A DNA stretch of 64,000 nt from Bacteroides sp. CAG:545. GTDB taxonomy: Bacteria; Bacteroidota; Bacteroidia; Bacteroidales; UBA932. The notes beneath the pieces were generated by a model, which was not told where the DNA came from, searched no databases, and worked only from the letters and a program-made list of their open reading frames with translations. Of the stretch, positions 27,285-37,350 are shown piece by piece (the first letter of the stretch is position 1; the number at the start of each line of letters is the position of its first letter). Location of the stretch: NCBI GenBank assembly GCA_000432515.1, contig HF996057.1, forward strand, positions 2,905 to 66,904. Direction: 5' to 3'. The translations under genes and the position numbers were made by a program.

Positions 27285-29459
27285 ATGTCAACTTTCAGAC
27301 AAAGAGCATTGGACGAAGCATCCGCACATGCTGCGGAGCGATTCTTCGTTGAGAAGAGGCCGGTATCGGCTTACTTCGGAGAAAACGTGTTTGACCTCGC
27401 CAAAATGAGGAAATACATGTCTCAGACTGCTTACGATGCTGTCATTGCTGCTGTAAAGTTCGGCAAGAAGATCGACAGGGCTGTAGCCAATGAAATCGCA
27501 TCAGCCATGAAGACCTGGGCTACCGAGAAGGGTGCTACGCATTACACCCATCTTTTCCAGCCGCTTACCGGTACTACTGCAGAAAAGCACGAGTCTTTCG
27601 TTACTGTGAAAGACGGCCAAGCATTCGAGAGATTCAGCGGAAGCGCGCTCGTCCAGCAGGAGCCTGATGCATCCAGTTTTCCGAATGGAGGACTGCGTAA
27701 CACATTTGAAGCCAGAGGTTATTCCGCATGGGACCCTAACTCTCCGGTATTCATCTTGGACGAGACACTCTGTATCCCGTCAGTATTTGTGTCGTACACG
27801 GGCGAGGCTCTTGATATGAAAGTGCCGAATTTGCGCTCAATCCAGGCGCTAAGCAACGCTGCAACGTCAGTGGTGAATCTTTTCGACAAGTCCGTAAAGG
27901 CTGTTTCTGTCAATGTGGGACTCGAGCAGGAATACTTCCTTGTCGATGAGTCACTGTACAATGCGCGTCCTGACCTCAAGCTTTGCGACAGGACAGTAAT
28001 CGGTCACACATCAGCCAAAGACCAGCAGTTGTCCGACCACTATTTCGGCGCTATTCCTAGCCGCGTGGAAGCATTCATGAAGGATTTTGAGACTGAGGCA
28101 TACAAACTCGGAATCCAGCTTCAGACAAGACACAATGAAGTGGCTCCCAATCAGTTCGAGTGCGCCCCTGTGTTCTGTGAGGCGACGAAAGCCATTGACC
28201 AGAATATGCTGTTGATGATACTTATGCCGAAAGTGGCTGAGAAACATCATCTTAAAGTGATCTTCCACGAAAAACCTTTCGACGGCATCAACGGGAGCGG
28301 AAAACATTGCAACTGGTCGATGCAGACTGATACAGGTGTGAATCTCCTGTCCCCAGGCAAGACTCCTACCAAGAATCTCCAGTTCCTTGCATTCTATGCT
28401 TCAGTAGTACGTGCAGTATATCGTCACGACTATCTGCTGATGACATCCGTATGTTCATTGAACAACTCATATAGACTTGGAGGTCACGAGGCGCCTCCTG
28501 CTGTAATGTCCATCTTCTCAGGCTCTACATTGTCAAAAATTTTCGACAATATCCTGAACATGAAGGATTTCGCTGATGCAGAGGCCAGCAAGGCTTCCAT
28601 CCAGATGGTAAGCTCCATTCCTGAAATCGTTCAGGACAATACCGACAGGAACAGGACATCTCCATTTGCCTTTACAGGTAACCGTTTCGAATTCCGTGCT
28701 GTAGGATCTTCTGCCAATGCGGCAGGCGCCACATATGTGCTGAACTCGATTGTGGCTGAGAGTCTTAATGATTTCCGCAAGGAAGTAGATGAGCTTGAAG
28801 CCAATGGTGAGAATCGCCAGAGTGCAGTGCTTACAGTGGTGAGAAAGTTCATTGCCGAGTCCAGGAATGTGATGTTTGAAGGAAACGGTTACAGCAAGGA
28901 ATGGGAAGAGGAGGCTGCCAAGAGGGGATTGAGAGCTGTGCGCAATGTTCCTGAGGCATTTAAAGTATTCCTTGAGAAGGATTCGGTGGAAATGTTTGAT
29001 AAACTGGGAGTTCTGTCACCGGTGGAATCACAGGCCCGTTACGAGGTTATGAATGAGACTTATGTGAAGAAGCTCCAGATTGAAGCCAGGCTTATCGGCG
29101 ACGTCTGCCTGAATCACGTGGTTCCTGCTGCCGTAAGTTATCAGAATATTCTTGTAAAGAGCATCCAAGGATGCAAGGATGTGTTCGGTGAAGAATTCAA
29201 GTCCCTCTGCAAGGCGGACATGGATACCTACAAGAAGATTTCCGGTTTCGTGAACAATATCTCCGCTGATGTGGAAGCGCTTGTGGAAGCCCGCAAGAAA
29301 GCGAACAAGGTGGAAGATATGGCTGAAAGGGCATATTTGTACTCGACAGAAGTCAAGAATGAAATGGACAAGGTACGTTACAATGCTGACCATCTCGAGA
29401 TGCTTGTAGATGACGAACTCTGGCCATTACCAAAATATCGAGAGCTATTGTTCTTCTAA
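27285..29459 (+). CDS. glnA: Glutamine synthetase type III
   Basis: 725 aa from ATG 27285 (MSTFRQRALDEASAHAAERFF..). Both the length and the sequence are typical of GSIII (GlnN) in Bacteroidetes. Confidence 0.85.
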   Translation: MSTFRQRALDEASAHAAERFFVEKRPVSAYFGENVFDLAKMRKYMSQTAYDAVIAAVKFGKKIDRAVANEIASAMKTWATEKGATHYTHLFQPLTGTTAEKHESFVTVKDGQAFERFSGSALVQQEPDASSFPNGGLRNTFEARGYSAWDPNSPVFILDETLCIPSVFVSYTGEALDMKVPNLRSIQALSNAATSVVNLFDKSVKAVSVNVGLEQEYFLVDESLYNARPDLKLCDRTVIGHTSAKDQQLSDHYFGAIPSRVEAFMKDFETEAYKLGIQLQTRHNEVAPNQFECAPVFCEATKAIDQNMLLMILMPKVAEKHHLKVIFHEKPFDGINGSGKHCNWSMQTDTGVNLLSPGKTPTKNLQFLAFYASVVRAVYRHDYLLMTSVCSLNNSYRLGGHEAPPAVMSIFSGSTLSKIFDNILNMKDFADAEASKASIQMVSSIPEIVQDNTDRNRTSPFAFTGNRFEFRAVGSSANAAGATYVLNSIVAESLNDFRKEVDELEANGENRQSAVLTVVRKFIAESRNVMFEGNGYSKEWEEEAAKRGLRAVRNVPEAFKVFLEKDSVEMFDKLGVLSPVESQARYEVMNETYVKKLQIEARLIGDVCLNHVVPAAVSYQNILVKSIQGCKDVFGEEFKSLCKADMDTYKKISGFVNNISADVEALVEARKKANKVEDMAERAYLYSTEVKNEMDKVRYNADHLEMLVDDELWPLPKYRELLFF

Positions 29460-29469
29460 AAAATTGATT

Positions 29470-30714
29470 GTGAGGAAGTTATTAGTATTACTATCATTAC
29501 TGTCACCGGCCTTCGCGGTTTCTTGTACGAACCGTGAGGTCGGTGACCCTTTGTCTATACCTTTTGTAAAGGAGGCAATTTCAGACACGACATCGGCAGT
29601 ATATTGCCAGGTAAAGTCAGGATGTTTGGATGGAGTGTACGGCTCCATATCCGTAATCGGACCGGCTCAGGAGGCATTGGTTATGACGGAAGCATTGTCC
29701 TGTTGCGATTATTTCGACAATGTGGACGGGAGAAGCGTCCCGGACGGACTTCCTGATTTTGCGGGCGAGACGCTTGACCTGATATGCGATTCTGCGAATG
29801 CACCCTATGAAGGGTATGTCGCCAAAGGCAATGAGAATTATCTTAAGGAATTGACTTTCAAGAATTTCCTGAGCGCATTGGACACTACTTGCGCCGTGGG
29901 GCAGTTCGACAAGAATTCATTGACAAGAAAGCAGTCCTCCAAGATCGTGATACTGGCTTCCCCATATTCGTCCGCTTACGGTTACAGGGACATAATGTCC
30001 ATCGTGAAGAAGGCAAGGCCTCAGGTCAATGTGGTTTCTGTCTGTCATTCCATGTTTGATTATGCTGTTTCCCGCCATGGGGACAAGTCCAGTGTCATGG
30101 TATGGACAAGTGAAGACATTCTGGGCGCAGGAGTCTATTCTGCGGTCTGCTCGGATTTGTCTGATGATTATCCGTCAATGAAACATGTGACCGTCTGTCC
30201 GGATCACTCAGGAACATTGAAAGAAAGGATATTGTCTTTCCTGGACAAATGCAAGGCTACGGAGATGACTGAAAAGATAGATGCTGCGATTGTGGATGAC
30301 ATGTCCCTGGATGCTGACAGTCTGAATGCGGAATTGGGCATTATGCTCGACAATGGTACCGACGGCATCGAAGTTTACAAGTCATTGTTGTCTGACGGGT
30401 TTGAGTTCATTGATCCGAAGCATGCAGTGACGGCGCAGTGCGAGCGCTATTTGAGAAAAGAGAATTATTTTACTCACAGGGTGGCGTATCCTATCGTGAA
30501 TATCTATTGTACAGTGCCTGTTTCAGGATTGTCGTCGTCTGATTATGATGAAAACGGCAGTTTTACTGATTCCTTCAAGTATGATAGGGCGGATAATTCA
30601 GATAATGAGACGTTCCTTCTCATTGAAGCGCCAGGAGGATTTTTGTCGGACAGTCAGAAGGCTTACTTGAGAAGGTATGCCGGAAATATTTATAGTCAAT
30701 ATGTTTCAAATTAG
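29470..30714 (+). CDS. Hypothetical lipoprotein
   Basis: ORF track 29410..30714. The ATG at 29410 overlaps glnA by 50 bp and gives a poor N-terminus. The in-frame GTG at 29470 gives the ideal lipoprotein signal MRKLLVLLSLLSPAFAVSC. Confidence 0.45.
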   Translation: MRKLLVLLSLLSPAFAVSCTNREVGDPLSIPFVKEAISDTTSAVYCQVKSGCLDGVYGSISVIGPAQEALVMTEALSCCDYFDNVDGRSVPDGLPDFAGETLDLICDSANAPYEGYVAKGNENYLKELTFKNFLSALDTTCAVGQFDKNSLTRKQSSKIVILASPYSSAYGYRDIMSIVKKARPQVNVVSVCHSMFDYAVSRHGDKSSVMVWTSEDILGAGVYSAVCSDLSDDYPSMKHVTVCPDHSGTLKERILSFLDKCKATEMTEKIDAAIVDDMSLDADSLNAELGIMLDNGTDGIEVYKSLLSDGFEFIDPKHAVTAQCERYLRKENYFTHRVAYPIVNIYCTVPVSGLSSSDYDENGSFTDSFKYDRADNSDNETFLLIEAPGGFLSDSQKAYLRRYAGNIYSQYVSN

Positions 30715-31516
30715 TATTCAACCGGAAGAAATAGACAAACTGAAGTTGGCTGCTTTTGACGGGAAGATCACTGTCATAGACAAGCCGGGAGATGAGTTTG
30801 ACAGGGCTGTAGCATATTTGAGGCGGCAGAAGGTCATTGGCTTCGATACGGAGTCAAGGCCTTGTTTCACGTCATTTCAGCCGAAGGGCGGTGTGGCTCT
30901 TCTGCAGCTTTCCGGACCTAAAGAGGCGTTTCTGTTCAGAATCAAGCATGTCGGAATGGAAAAACGTCTTTGCCGGATATTGTCTGACGAGAAGATAATC
31001 AAAGTGGGCGCCGCGGTTCATGATGATGTGCGAGGCCTTCAGAAATACACTGAGTTCGAGGCCCGTGGCTTTGTGGACCTGCAGAAAATCGTATGGGAAT
31101 ACGGGATTCGGGACAAGAGTGTCAAGAAAATGTCCGCAATTATTCTCGGCGTGAGGATATCCAAGACTCAGCAGCTCTCCAATTGGGAAGCGGAGGTGCT
31201 TTCTGAGGCTCAGATGCTTTATGCGGCTACTGACGCTTGGGTCTGCCGGGAGATGTACAAGGCGCTGCTCAAGTCGGAAAAGCATCCGCTGACTCCGGAA
31301 GAAATGATTCCGCCGGCTCAACTTGCTTACAATGAGGAACATAAGTCGGAGAAGAAGAAAGAGGCTGAGACGAAAAAGGAGAAAAAGGAAGAGGAAGAGA
31401 GCAAGGCGAAGAAACATAACAGGCGATACTGGATGCGTAAGCGCTATTACAGGAACAAGCGTAGAAACAAAAACAAAAATAAGGACAATGGTAAAGATAA
31501 TACTGAAAAAAGGTAG
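30701..31516 (+). CDS. 3'-5' exonuclease domain protein (DEDD/RNase D-like) with long K/E/R-rich C-terminal tail
   Basis: DEDD motif IGFDTESRP. C-terminal tail KKKEAETKKEKKEEEESKAKKHNRRYWMRKRYYRNKRRNKNKNKDNGKDNTEKR. The last 29 bp overlap the rlmI start. Confidence 0.65.
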   Translation: MFQISIQPEEIDKLKLAAFDGKITVIDKPGDEFDRAVAYLRRQKVIGFDTESRPCFTSFQPKGGVALLQLSGPKEAFLFRIKHVGMEKRLCRILSDEKIIKVGAAVHDDVRGLQKYTEFEARGFVDLQKIVWEYGIRDKSVKKMSAIILGVRISKTQQLSNWEAEVLSEAQMLYAATDAWVCREMYKALLKSEKHPLTPEEMIPPAQLAYNEEHKSEKKKEAETKKEKKEEEESKAKKHNRRYWMRKRYYRNKRRNKNKNKDNGKDNTEKR

Positions 31517-32681
31517 AGAGGAGTCATTGAGGAGATTCCATCCCTGGGTGTTCTCGGGGGCAATCGCGCAGGTGGTAGGTGAACCTGCTGAAGGTGACGT
31601 GGTGAGTGTGCATGGCTCTGACGGAAAGTTTCTTGCAGCAGGACATTATCAGATCGGTTCCATTGCCGTAAGGGTTTTGAGTTTCGACAGCGCTGTAATC
31701 AATGAAGATTATTGGAAGTCAATGCTGTTGAAAGCTTTTGCAGTACGCAAGGCTGTCGGACTGGCCGACAATGCACAGACAAATTGTTTCCGGCTTGTCC
31801 ATGGAGAAGGAGACGGGCTTCCTGGATTTATAATCGATTGGTATGACGGGGTTTGCGTTATGCAGGCACATTCTGTGGGCATGTTCAGGGCCAAGAAGCA
31901 GATAGCTGATGCTCTGGTGTCCATATTCGGGGACAGCCTGAAGGCCGTGTATGACAAGAGTTCCGGTACGGCTCCGTTCAAGGCCGGGCTCGATCTTGTG
32001 GACGGTTATCTTTACAAGAAAGCGGATTTCTGTGACGATGAGCAGGTCGTGACCGAAAACGGAAACAAGTTCATAGTGAACTGGACAGAAGGCCAGAAGA
32101 CAGGTTTTTTCTTGGACCAGAGAGAGAACAGGGCCCTTGTCGGCAGATATGCTTCAGGTCGTAATGTGCTGAACCTGTTCTGCTATACTGGAGGTTTCTC
32201 AATCTACGCTTTAGGTGCAGGAGCCTCTCATGTGGATTCTGTGGACAGCTCAGCGAAGGCGATGGCACTGGTGGACAAGAACGTGGCATTAGGCGGTTTC
32301 GAGCCGTCACGCCATACCAGTTATTGTACTGACGCTCTCGTTTTTCTGAGAGACATTCCTGCAGACAAATATGATCTGATGATAGTGGACCCGCCTGCGT
32401 TCGCCAAGCATCGCGGGGCATTGAAAAATGCATTGAGAGCATACCAGCGTCTGAATGCTGCGGCTATTTCAAAGGTCGCTCCAGGAGGTCTTGTATTTAC
32501 GTTCAGCTGCTCCCAGGTTGTGGACAAAGAGGCTTTTGCTCTTGCTGTGTTCTCCGCAGCCGCTCAGTGCGGACGTAGTGTGAGGATTCTTGACAGGCTC
32601 AATCAGCCGGCAGACCACTCCGTGAATATCTATCATCCGGAAGGGGAGTACCTGAAGGGGCTGCTGCTTTATGTGGAATAA
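31488..32681 (+). CDS. rlmI: 23S rRNA m5C methyltransferase RlmI-like (PUA plus class I SAM-dependent MTase)
   Basis: The internal ATG at 31488 gives MVKIILKKGREESLRRFHPWVFSGAI, an RlmI-type N-terminus. SAM-MTase motifs VLNLFCYTGGFS and DPPAF are present. Confidence 0.75.
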   Translation: MVKIILKKGREESLRRFHPWVFSGAIAQVVGEPAEGDVVSVHGSDGKFLAAGHYQIGSIAVRVLSFDSAVINEDYWKSMLLKAFAVRKAVGLADNAQTNCFRLVHGEGDGLPGFIIDWYDGVCVMQAHSVGMFRAKKQIADALVSIFGDSLKAVYDKSSGTAPFKAGLDLVDGYLYKKADFCDDEQVVTENGNKFIVNWTEGQKTGFFLDQRENRALVGRYASGRNVLNLFCYTGGFSIYALGAGASHVDSVDSSAKAMALVDKNVALGGFEPSRHTSYCTDALVFLRDIPADKYDLMIVDPPAFAKHRGALKNALRAYQRLNAAAISKVAPGGLVFTFSCSQVVDKEAFALAVFSAAAQCGRSVRILDRLNQPADHSVNIYHPEGEYLKGLLLYVE

Positions 32682-32843
32682 CAAGGACTGTCTGCTATTG
32701 CAGTCGTCTGAATATAAACGTTTTACGGCCGAATTTCACTTTGACCGTAATTTTTTTGCTTTTTTTGAATACGTTTTATATGGCTGTATTCCAAAAGATT
32801 GCGGATTTGGGTTAAAAATATCGTAAAAGATTGATAGGAAAAT

Positions 32844-32875
32844 ATTTGCAGCGAAGTGATAAAGTCGTAACTTTG
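32844..32875 (+). promoter_or_regulatory. Orphan canonical Bacteroidetes promoter (TTTG-N20-TAACTTTG) with no downstream plus-strand CDS
   Basis: TTTG lies at about 32844 and TAACTTTG at 32868-32875, with 20-bp spacing. The next about 240 bp are non-coding and the convergent maf gene lies beyond. Confidence 0.45.
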
Positions 32876-33115
32876 CAATCGAGTTGATGATGAGGTTCTC
32901 TCACAGACAACTCGTTGGTTATTAGTTTTAGTGTTATTAATTATGTGGTTAGTGTGAGTTTTTGCGCGTGAGGCGTCATTACTCAACGATTTAAAAAGGT
33001 CCTTCAAAAAGGGCTTTTTTATTTAACTTGTTTCTAAATCGTTTTTACACCCATCTGCAGGTAAAGACTTGTCCAAGTGCTGAACCTGTAATATTTTATG
33101 ATGCTTCGGGAACTG

Positions 33116-33709
33116 CTATTGCCGGAATTTGGCAAGTTCTTGATAGACAAGATGAACCGGGAGTCCCATGATGGTAAAGAACGAGCCTTCTATGCGGTCA
33201 ATGCCGATATAGCCGATCCATTCCTGGATACCATAGGCGCCGGCCTTGTCGAAAGGCCTGAAATTGTCCACATAGTATTCTATCTCACTGTCGGTCAGTT
33301 CTTTGAAATGAACGTATGCCGTGTCAGAAACAGTCTCTTTACGCTTGTTGCTTCTCAATGTCAATGCAGTGGTTACATGATGAACCCTTCCGGATAGCTT
33401 TTTCAGCATTGATATTGCATCCTCGCGGCTGTGCGGCTTGCCCATAATCTCATCCTCGCAGTAAACCATCGTGTCTGAAGTGATCAGGATCTCGTCATCT
33501 TCAAGAGGCCTGTGAAACCCGTCAGACTTGCCTTCCGACATCAATGCCGGAATCTCGCCGAGAGGCGTGTCCTTATCGTAATGCTCTGTAAATGAAGTGT
33601 CTGTATCAATCGTGAAACGAAGTCCCAAGCCTTCAAGCAGTTCCTTGCGCCTCGGCGAAGCGCTTGACAGAATCAGCCTGTGGCCGTTAAGAGAAAGTCC
33701 TGAATTCAT
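33116..33709 (-). CDS. maf: Maf-like nucleoside triphosphate pyrophosphatase
   Basis: 197 aa, LILSSASPRRKELL N-terminus and overall Maf signature. Confidence 0.8.
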   Translation of the reverse strand: MNSGLSLNGHRLILSSASPRRKELLEGLGLRFTIDTDTSFTEHYDKDTPLGEIPALMSEGKSDGFHRPLEDDEILITSDTMVYCEDEIMGKPHSREDAISMLKKLSGRVHHVTTALTLRSNKRKETVSDTAYVHFKELTDSEIEYYVDNFRPFDKAGAYGIQEWIGYIGIDRIEGSFFTIMGLPVHLVYQELAKFRQ

Positions 33710-33723
33710 TGCGTTTACTCTGG

Positions 33724-34245
33724 TTAAAACTTGGCTGTATAGCCGGCGACATCGAAAACCCAGTCGCCTCTGGATTTCAAGACCTGCTGAATGACATCAC
33801 GCACGCAGCCGCGTCCTCCCGGGAAAGGGGAAACATAATCGGAAACGCTCTTGACTTCATCCACGGCGTCAGACGGACAGGCGCCTATTCCGCATGCCCT
33901 GAGGACAGGAATATCCGGAAGGTCGTCACCCACATACAGCACCTCATCTGCGCCCAATGAATATTTCGAGCAGAAGTGATTGAAATCCAATATCTTGTCT
34001 CTGGAACCGAGATAGATGTCTTCTGGAATGAGGCCGCAGGTGCGGAATCTCTGGACAATGGAACCAGACCTGCCGCCGGTTATTATGGCCACAGGATATT
34101 TATGGAGGACAGCCATTCTTACGCCGAAAGAATCCTTGGCGCCGAAAGTGCGGAACAGTTCCCCTTTCAGGTCGCAAAGGATTCCTCCGTCAGTGAAAAC
34201 GCCGTCAATGTCGAAAGCAAAAGCCTTGATCTTGGAAAAATCCAT
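33724..34245 (-). CDS. kdsC: KDO 8-phosphate phosphatase (HAD family, YrbI/KdsC)
   Basis: 173 aa with HAD motif I FAFDIDGVFTDG and KdsC-like size. Confidence 0.8.
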   Translation of the reverse strand: MDFSKIKAFAFDIDGVFTDGGILCDLKGELFRTFGAKDSFGVRMAVLHKYPVAIITGGRSGSIVQRFRTCGLIPEDIYLGSRDKILDFNHFCSKYSLGADEVLYVGDDLPDIPVLRACGIGACPSDAVDEVKSVSDYVSPFPGGRGCVRDVIQQVLKSRGDWVFDVAGYTAKF

Positions 34246-34250
34246 GTCCG

Positions 34251-34589
34251 TTATGATTTGGCTCCGTTATTGAACGGAGGAAAATCTCCGAGATTGAAAG
34301 TGTTGCCTTTATCTCGCTGAGACGGCTGTGATTCCAGGCTTATAGGTCCGAAATTGTTTTCGTATTTTGAAACATTGTCAGTCAATGCTGCAAGCAGTCT
34401 CTTCGCGTGCTCCGGAGTCATTATTATACGGCTGCAGATGTCCGGCTTCGGCATTCCCGGAAGCATCTTGGCGAAATCAATGATGAATTCGCTGTGAGAG
34501 TGCGTAATGATGGCAAGATTCGAGTATGTGCCGGCTGCAACTTCCGGTCTGAGCTCGAGGCTCATTTTGTTGTCTTCGTTATTTTCCAT
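34251..34589 (-). CDS. DUF3467 family protein
   Basis: 112 aa. GTYSNLAIITHSHSEFIIDF...TPEHAKRLL matches the DUF3467 pattern as I recall it. Confidence 0.5.
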   Translation of the reverse strand: MENNEDNKMSLELRPEVAAGTYSNLAIITHSHSEFIIDFAKMLPGMPKPDICSRIIMTPEHAKRLLAALTDNVSKYENNFGPISLESQPSQRDKGNTFNLGDFPPFNNGAKS

Positions 34590-34628
34590 ATCATGAGTGT
34601 TCTAATTAACACAAATTTACTAATTTTT

Positions 34629-34636
34629 CTTAACTT
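34629..34636 (+). promoter_or_regulatory. TAnnTTTG -7 box (TAACTTTG) about 57 bp upstream of valS
   Basis: Consensus match in the divergent intergenic region. Confidence 0.45.
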
Positions 34637-34692
34637 TGCATGATTTGAACATAATGTAATTATACGATTACTGTAAAAGAAAAATTATAAAC

Positions 34693-37347
34693 ATGGAATT
34701 GTCGGCAAAATACGATCCTTCTCAGGTAGAGGACAAGTGGTATGCCTATTGGCTCAAGAACAAGTTTTTCCATTCGGAACCGGATGAAAGAGAACCATAT
34801 ACTATAGTTATTCCGCCACCAAACGTGACAGGTATTCTTCATATGGGACACGTTCTGAACAATACGCTCAATGATGTGCTTGTCAGAAAAGCCAGAATGG
34901 ACGGCAAGAACGCCTGCTGGATACCAGGTACTGACCACGCATCCATTGCGACAGAAAGCAAGGTTGTGGCAAGGCTCAAGTCTCAGGGAATCAACAAGGA
35001 AGACCTCACCAGAGAGGAGTTCCTCAAATATGCTTGGGAATGGAAAGAAGAGCATGGCGGCATTATCCTCAGCCAGCTCCGCAAACTCGGAGCATCCTGT
35101 GACTGGGACCGTACCAAATTCACCATGGATCCGGATTTGACGGAATCCGTCATCAATACTTTCGTGTATTTCTATAAAAAAGGATTGATTTACAGGGGAG
35201 TGCGTATGGTAAACTGGGATCCGGAAGGACATACCGCAGTCAGCGACGAGGAAGTTGTGCACAAGGAGACCAAGAGCCATTTCTATCACCTCAGATACTA
35301 TATCTCTGACGGTAACGGAAACCGCACGGACAAATATATAATTGTCGCAACCACACGTCCTGAGACCATCATGGCGGATGCTGCGGTCAGCATCAACCCT
35401 GACGACGAGCGCTATCATTGGCTTAAAGGAAAGAAAGTCCTCATTCCATTGATTGACAAGGAAATACCTGTTATCGAGGACTCTTATGTCGAGATCGGCT
35501 TCGGTACCGGCTGTCTGAAAGTGACTCCGGCTCACGATGTCAATGACTATGAAATCGGCCTTCGTCACAATCTTCCTGTAATCGACATCATCGACGATCA
35601 CGGAAAACTCAACGAAAAAGCGCAGATTCTTGTAGGAGAGGACCGTTTCGTGGCCCGCAAGAAAATCCAGAAGATGCTGGAGGAAGCCGGCTGTCTCGAA
35701 AAAGTGGAGGAATATGTCTCTCCTGTAGGATATTCAGAAAGGACCAATGCTGTTATCGAGCCGAGGCTTTCTACCCAGTGGTTCCTGAAAATGGGACATC
35801 TTGCGGAAATGGCACTCGACTCTGTGGAAAGCGGCCGCGTGAAGCTCATTCCGGACAAATACAGAAACACCTACAAGCATTGGATGGAAACTGTCCGCGA
35901 CTGGTGCATCAGCCGTCAGTTGTGGTGGGGGCAGCGTATTCCTGCATATTATCTGCCTGATGGACAGTATGTTGTCGAGGCTACACCTGAAGTTGCACTT
36001 GAGGCTGCGAAGAAGATTGACCCTTCAATCACGGCGGATCAACTTAGACAGGACGAGGATGTGCTCGACACATGGTTCTCTTCATGGCTCTGGCCTATTT
36101 CAGTGTTCGATGCTGAAAAACCCGGACATCCGGAACATGCTGCAAACAAGGATTTGGCATACTATTACCCTACAAATGACCTCGTTACAGGACCGGACAT
36201 CCTTTTCTTCTGGGTTGCCAGAATGATTATGGCCGGAGACGAATTCATGAACGCGGAGCCGTTCCACAATGTTTATCTTACCGGTATCGTGAGGGACAAG
36301 CTCGGCAGGAAGATGTCCAAGACATTGGGCAATTCTCCTGATCCACTTGACTTGATAGCAAAATATGGTGCGGACGCAGTGAGAATCGGTATGCTTCTCT
36401 GCGCTTCTGCCGGCAATGACATATTCTATGATGAATCCCAGGTGGAGCAGGGACGTAATTTCTGCGGAAAAATCTGGAACTCATACAGACTTGTAAAGGG
36501 ATGGGCTGTTTCAGAAGAAATCGGTCAGCCTCAGTCAAGTGCCATTGCTGTAAAATGGTTCAGGAACAAACTCAGCCAGACCATTGCCACAGTAGAAGAT
36601 CACTATGCTAAGTTCAGAATCTCAGATGCATTGATGAGCATATACAAACTCTTCTGGGACGACTACTGCTCCTGGTACTTGGAACTTATCAAACCTGCTT
36701 ACGGGCAGCCGATTGACAAGGTTACCTATACAGAAACTTTAGGTTTCTTCGAGGCTCTTCTCAAGATGATTCACCCTGTGATGCCGTTCATTACGGAGGA
36801 ACTCTGGCAGGATATGGCAGAGCGCAAGGATGGCGAGACGATAATGTTCCAGCCGACTCCTGTAGCAGGAGAATTCGATGCTGCATTTATCTCATCTTTC
36901 GAACTTGCTGAAGAAGCTGTCAATGCAATCAGAGGAATCAGACAGCAGAAGAACATATCACCTAAAGAAGAGCTTCAGGTGATGTTCAAGGGGGATTTCC
37001 CGGCAGAAATGCTTGCTGTAGTCGCAAAACTCGCCAATACATCTTCTGCGGAAGTCGTTGCAGATTTCGGTAACACATCTGAAGGCGTTTCACAGATGGT
37101 CAGGACGGTGGAAATGTATGTTCCGCTGACGGGCAAGGTCAATGTGGAGGAAGAAATCGCCAAGCTTGAAGCTGAACTTGACTATCAGAAGAAGTTCCTC
37201 GAGTCTGTAAGGCGCAAGCTTTCCAACGAGAAGTTTACGGCTCATGCACCTGAAAAAGTAGTGGCTGTAGAACGCCAGAAAGAGGCTGACTCGCTTTCGA
37301 AGATTGAAAGCTATGAGGCTCAGCTAAAGGCACTTAAGTCAATGTAG
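34693..37347 (+). CDS. valS: Valine--tRNA ligase
   Basis: 884 aa. HIGH motif PPPNVTGILHMGHVLN, KMSKS motif KMSKTLGN, and a C-terminal coiled coil. Confidence 0.95.
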   Translation: MELSAKYDPSQVEDKWYAYWLKNKFFHSEPDEREPYTIVIPPPNVTGILHMGHVLNNTLNDVLVRKARMDGKNACWIPGTDHASIATESKVVARLKSQGINKEDLTREEFLKYAWEWKEEHGGIILSQLRKLGASCDWDRTKFTMDPDLTESVINTFVYFYKKGLIYRGVRMVNWDPEGHTAVSDEEVVHKETKSHFYHLRYYISDGNGNRTDKYIIVATTRPETIMADAAVSINPDDERYHWLKGKKVLIPLIDKEIPVIEDSYVEIGFGTGCLKVTPAHDVNDYEIGLRHNLPVIDIIDDHGKLNEKAQILVGEDRFVARKKIQKMLEEAGCLEKVEEYVSPVGYSERTNAVIEPRLSTQWFLKMGHLAEMALDSVESGRVKLIPDKYRNTYKHWMETVRDWCISRQLWWGQRIPAYYLPDGQYVVEATPEVALEAAKKIDPSITADQLRQDEDVLDTWFSSWLWPISVFDAEKPGHPEHAANKDLAYYYPTNDLVTGPDILFFWVARMIMAGDEFMNAEPFHNVYLTGIVRDKLGRKMSKTLGNSPDPLDLIAKYGADAVRIGMLLCASAGNDIFYDESQVEQGRNFCGKIWNSYRLVKGWAVSEEIGQPQSSAIAVKWFRNKLSQTIATVEDHYAKFRISDALMSIYKLFWDDYCSWYLELIKPAYGQPIDKVTYTETLGFFEALLKMIHPVMPFITEELWQDMAERKDGETIMFQPTPVAGEFDAAFISSFELAEEAVNAIRGIRQQKNISPKEELQVMFKGDFPAEMLAVVAKLANTSSAEVVADFGNTSEGVSQMVRTVEMYVPLTGKVNVEEEIAKLEAELDYQKKFLESVRRKLSNEKFTAHAPEKVVAVERQKEADSLSKIESYEAQLKALKSM

Positions 37348-37350
37348 GTT

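Noticed and set aside
31323-31487. Arg/Lys-rich N-terminal extension of the rlmI ORF (MLTMRNISRRRRKRLRRKRRKRKRKRARRR..)
   Set aside because: This is the alternative-frame reading of the GAA/AAG-rich repeat that encodes the exonuclease K/E tail. The rlmI homology begins at the internal ATG at 31488.
34660-35601. 313-aa minus-strand ORF 34660..35601
   Set aside because: It is entirely antisense to valS, which has HIGH and KMSKS motifs and full-length homology.
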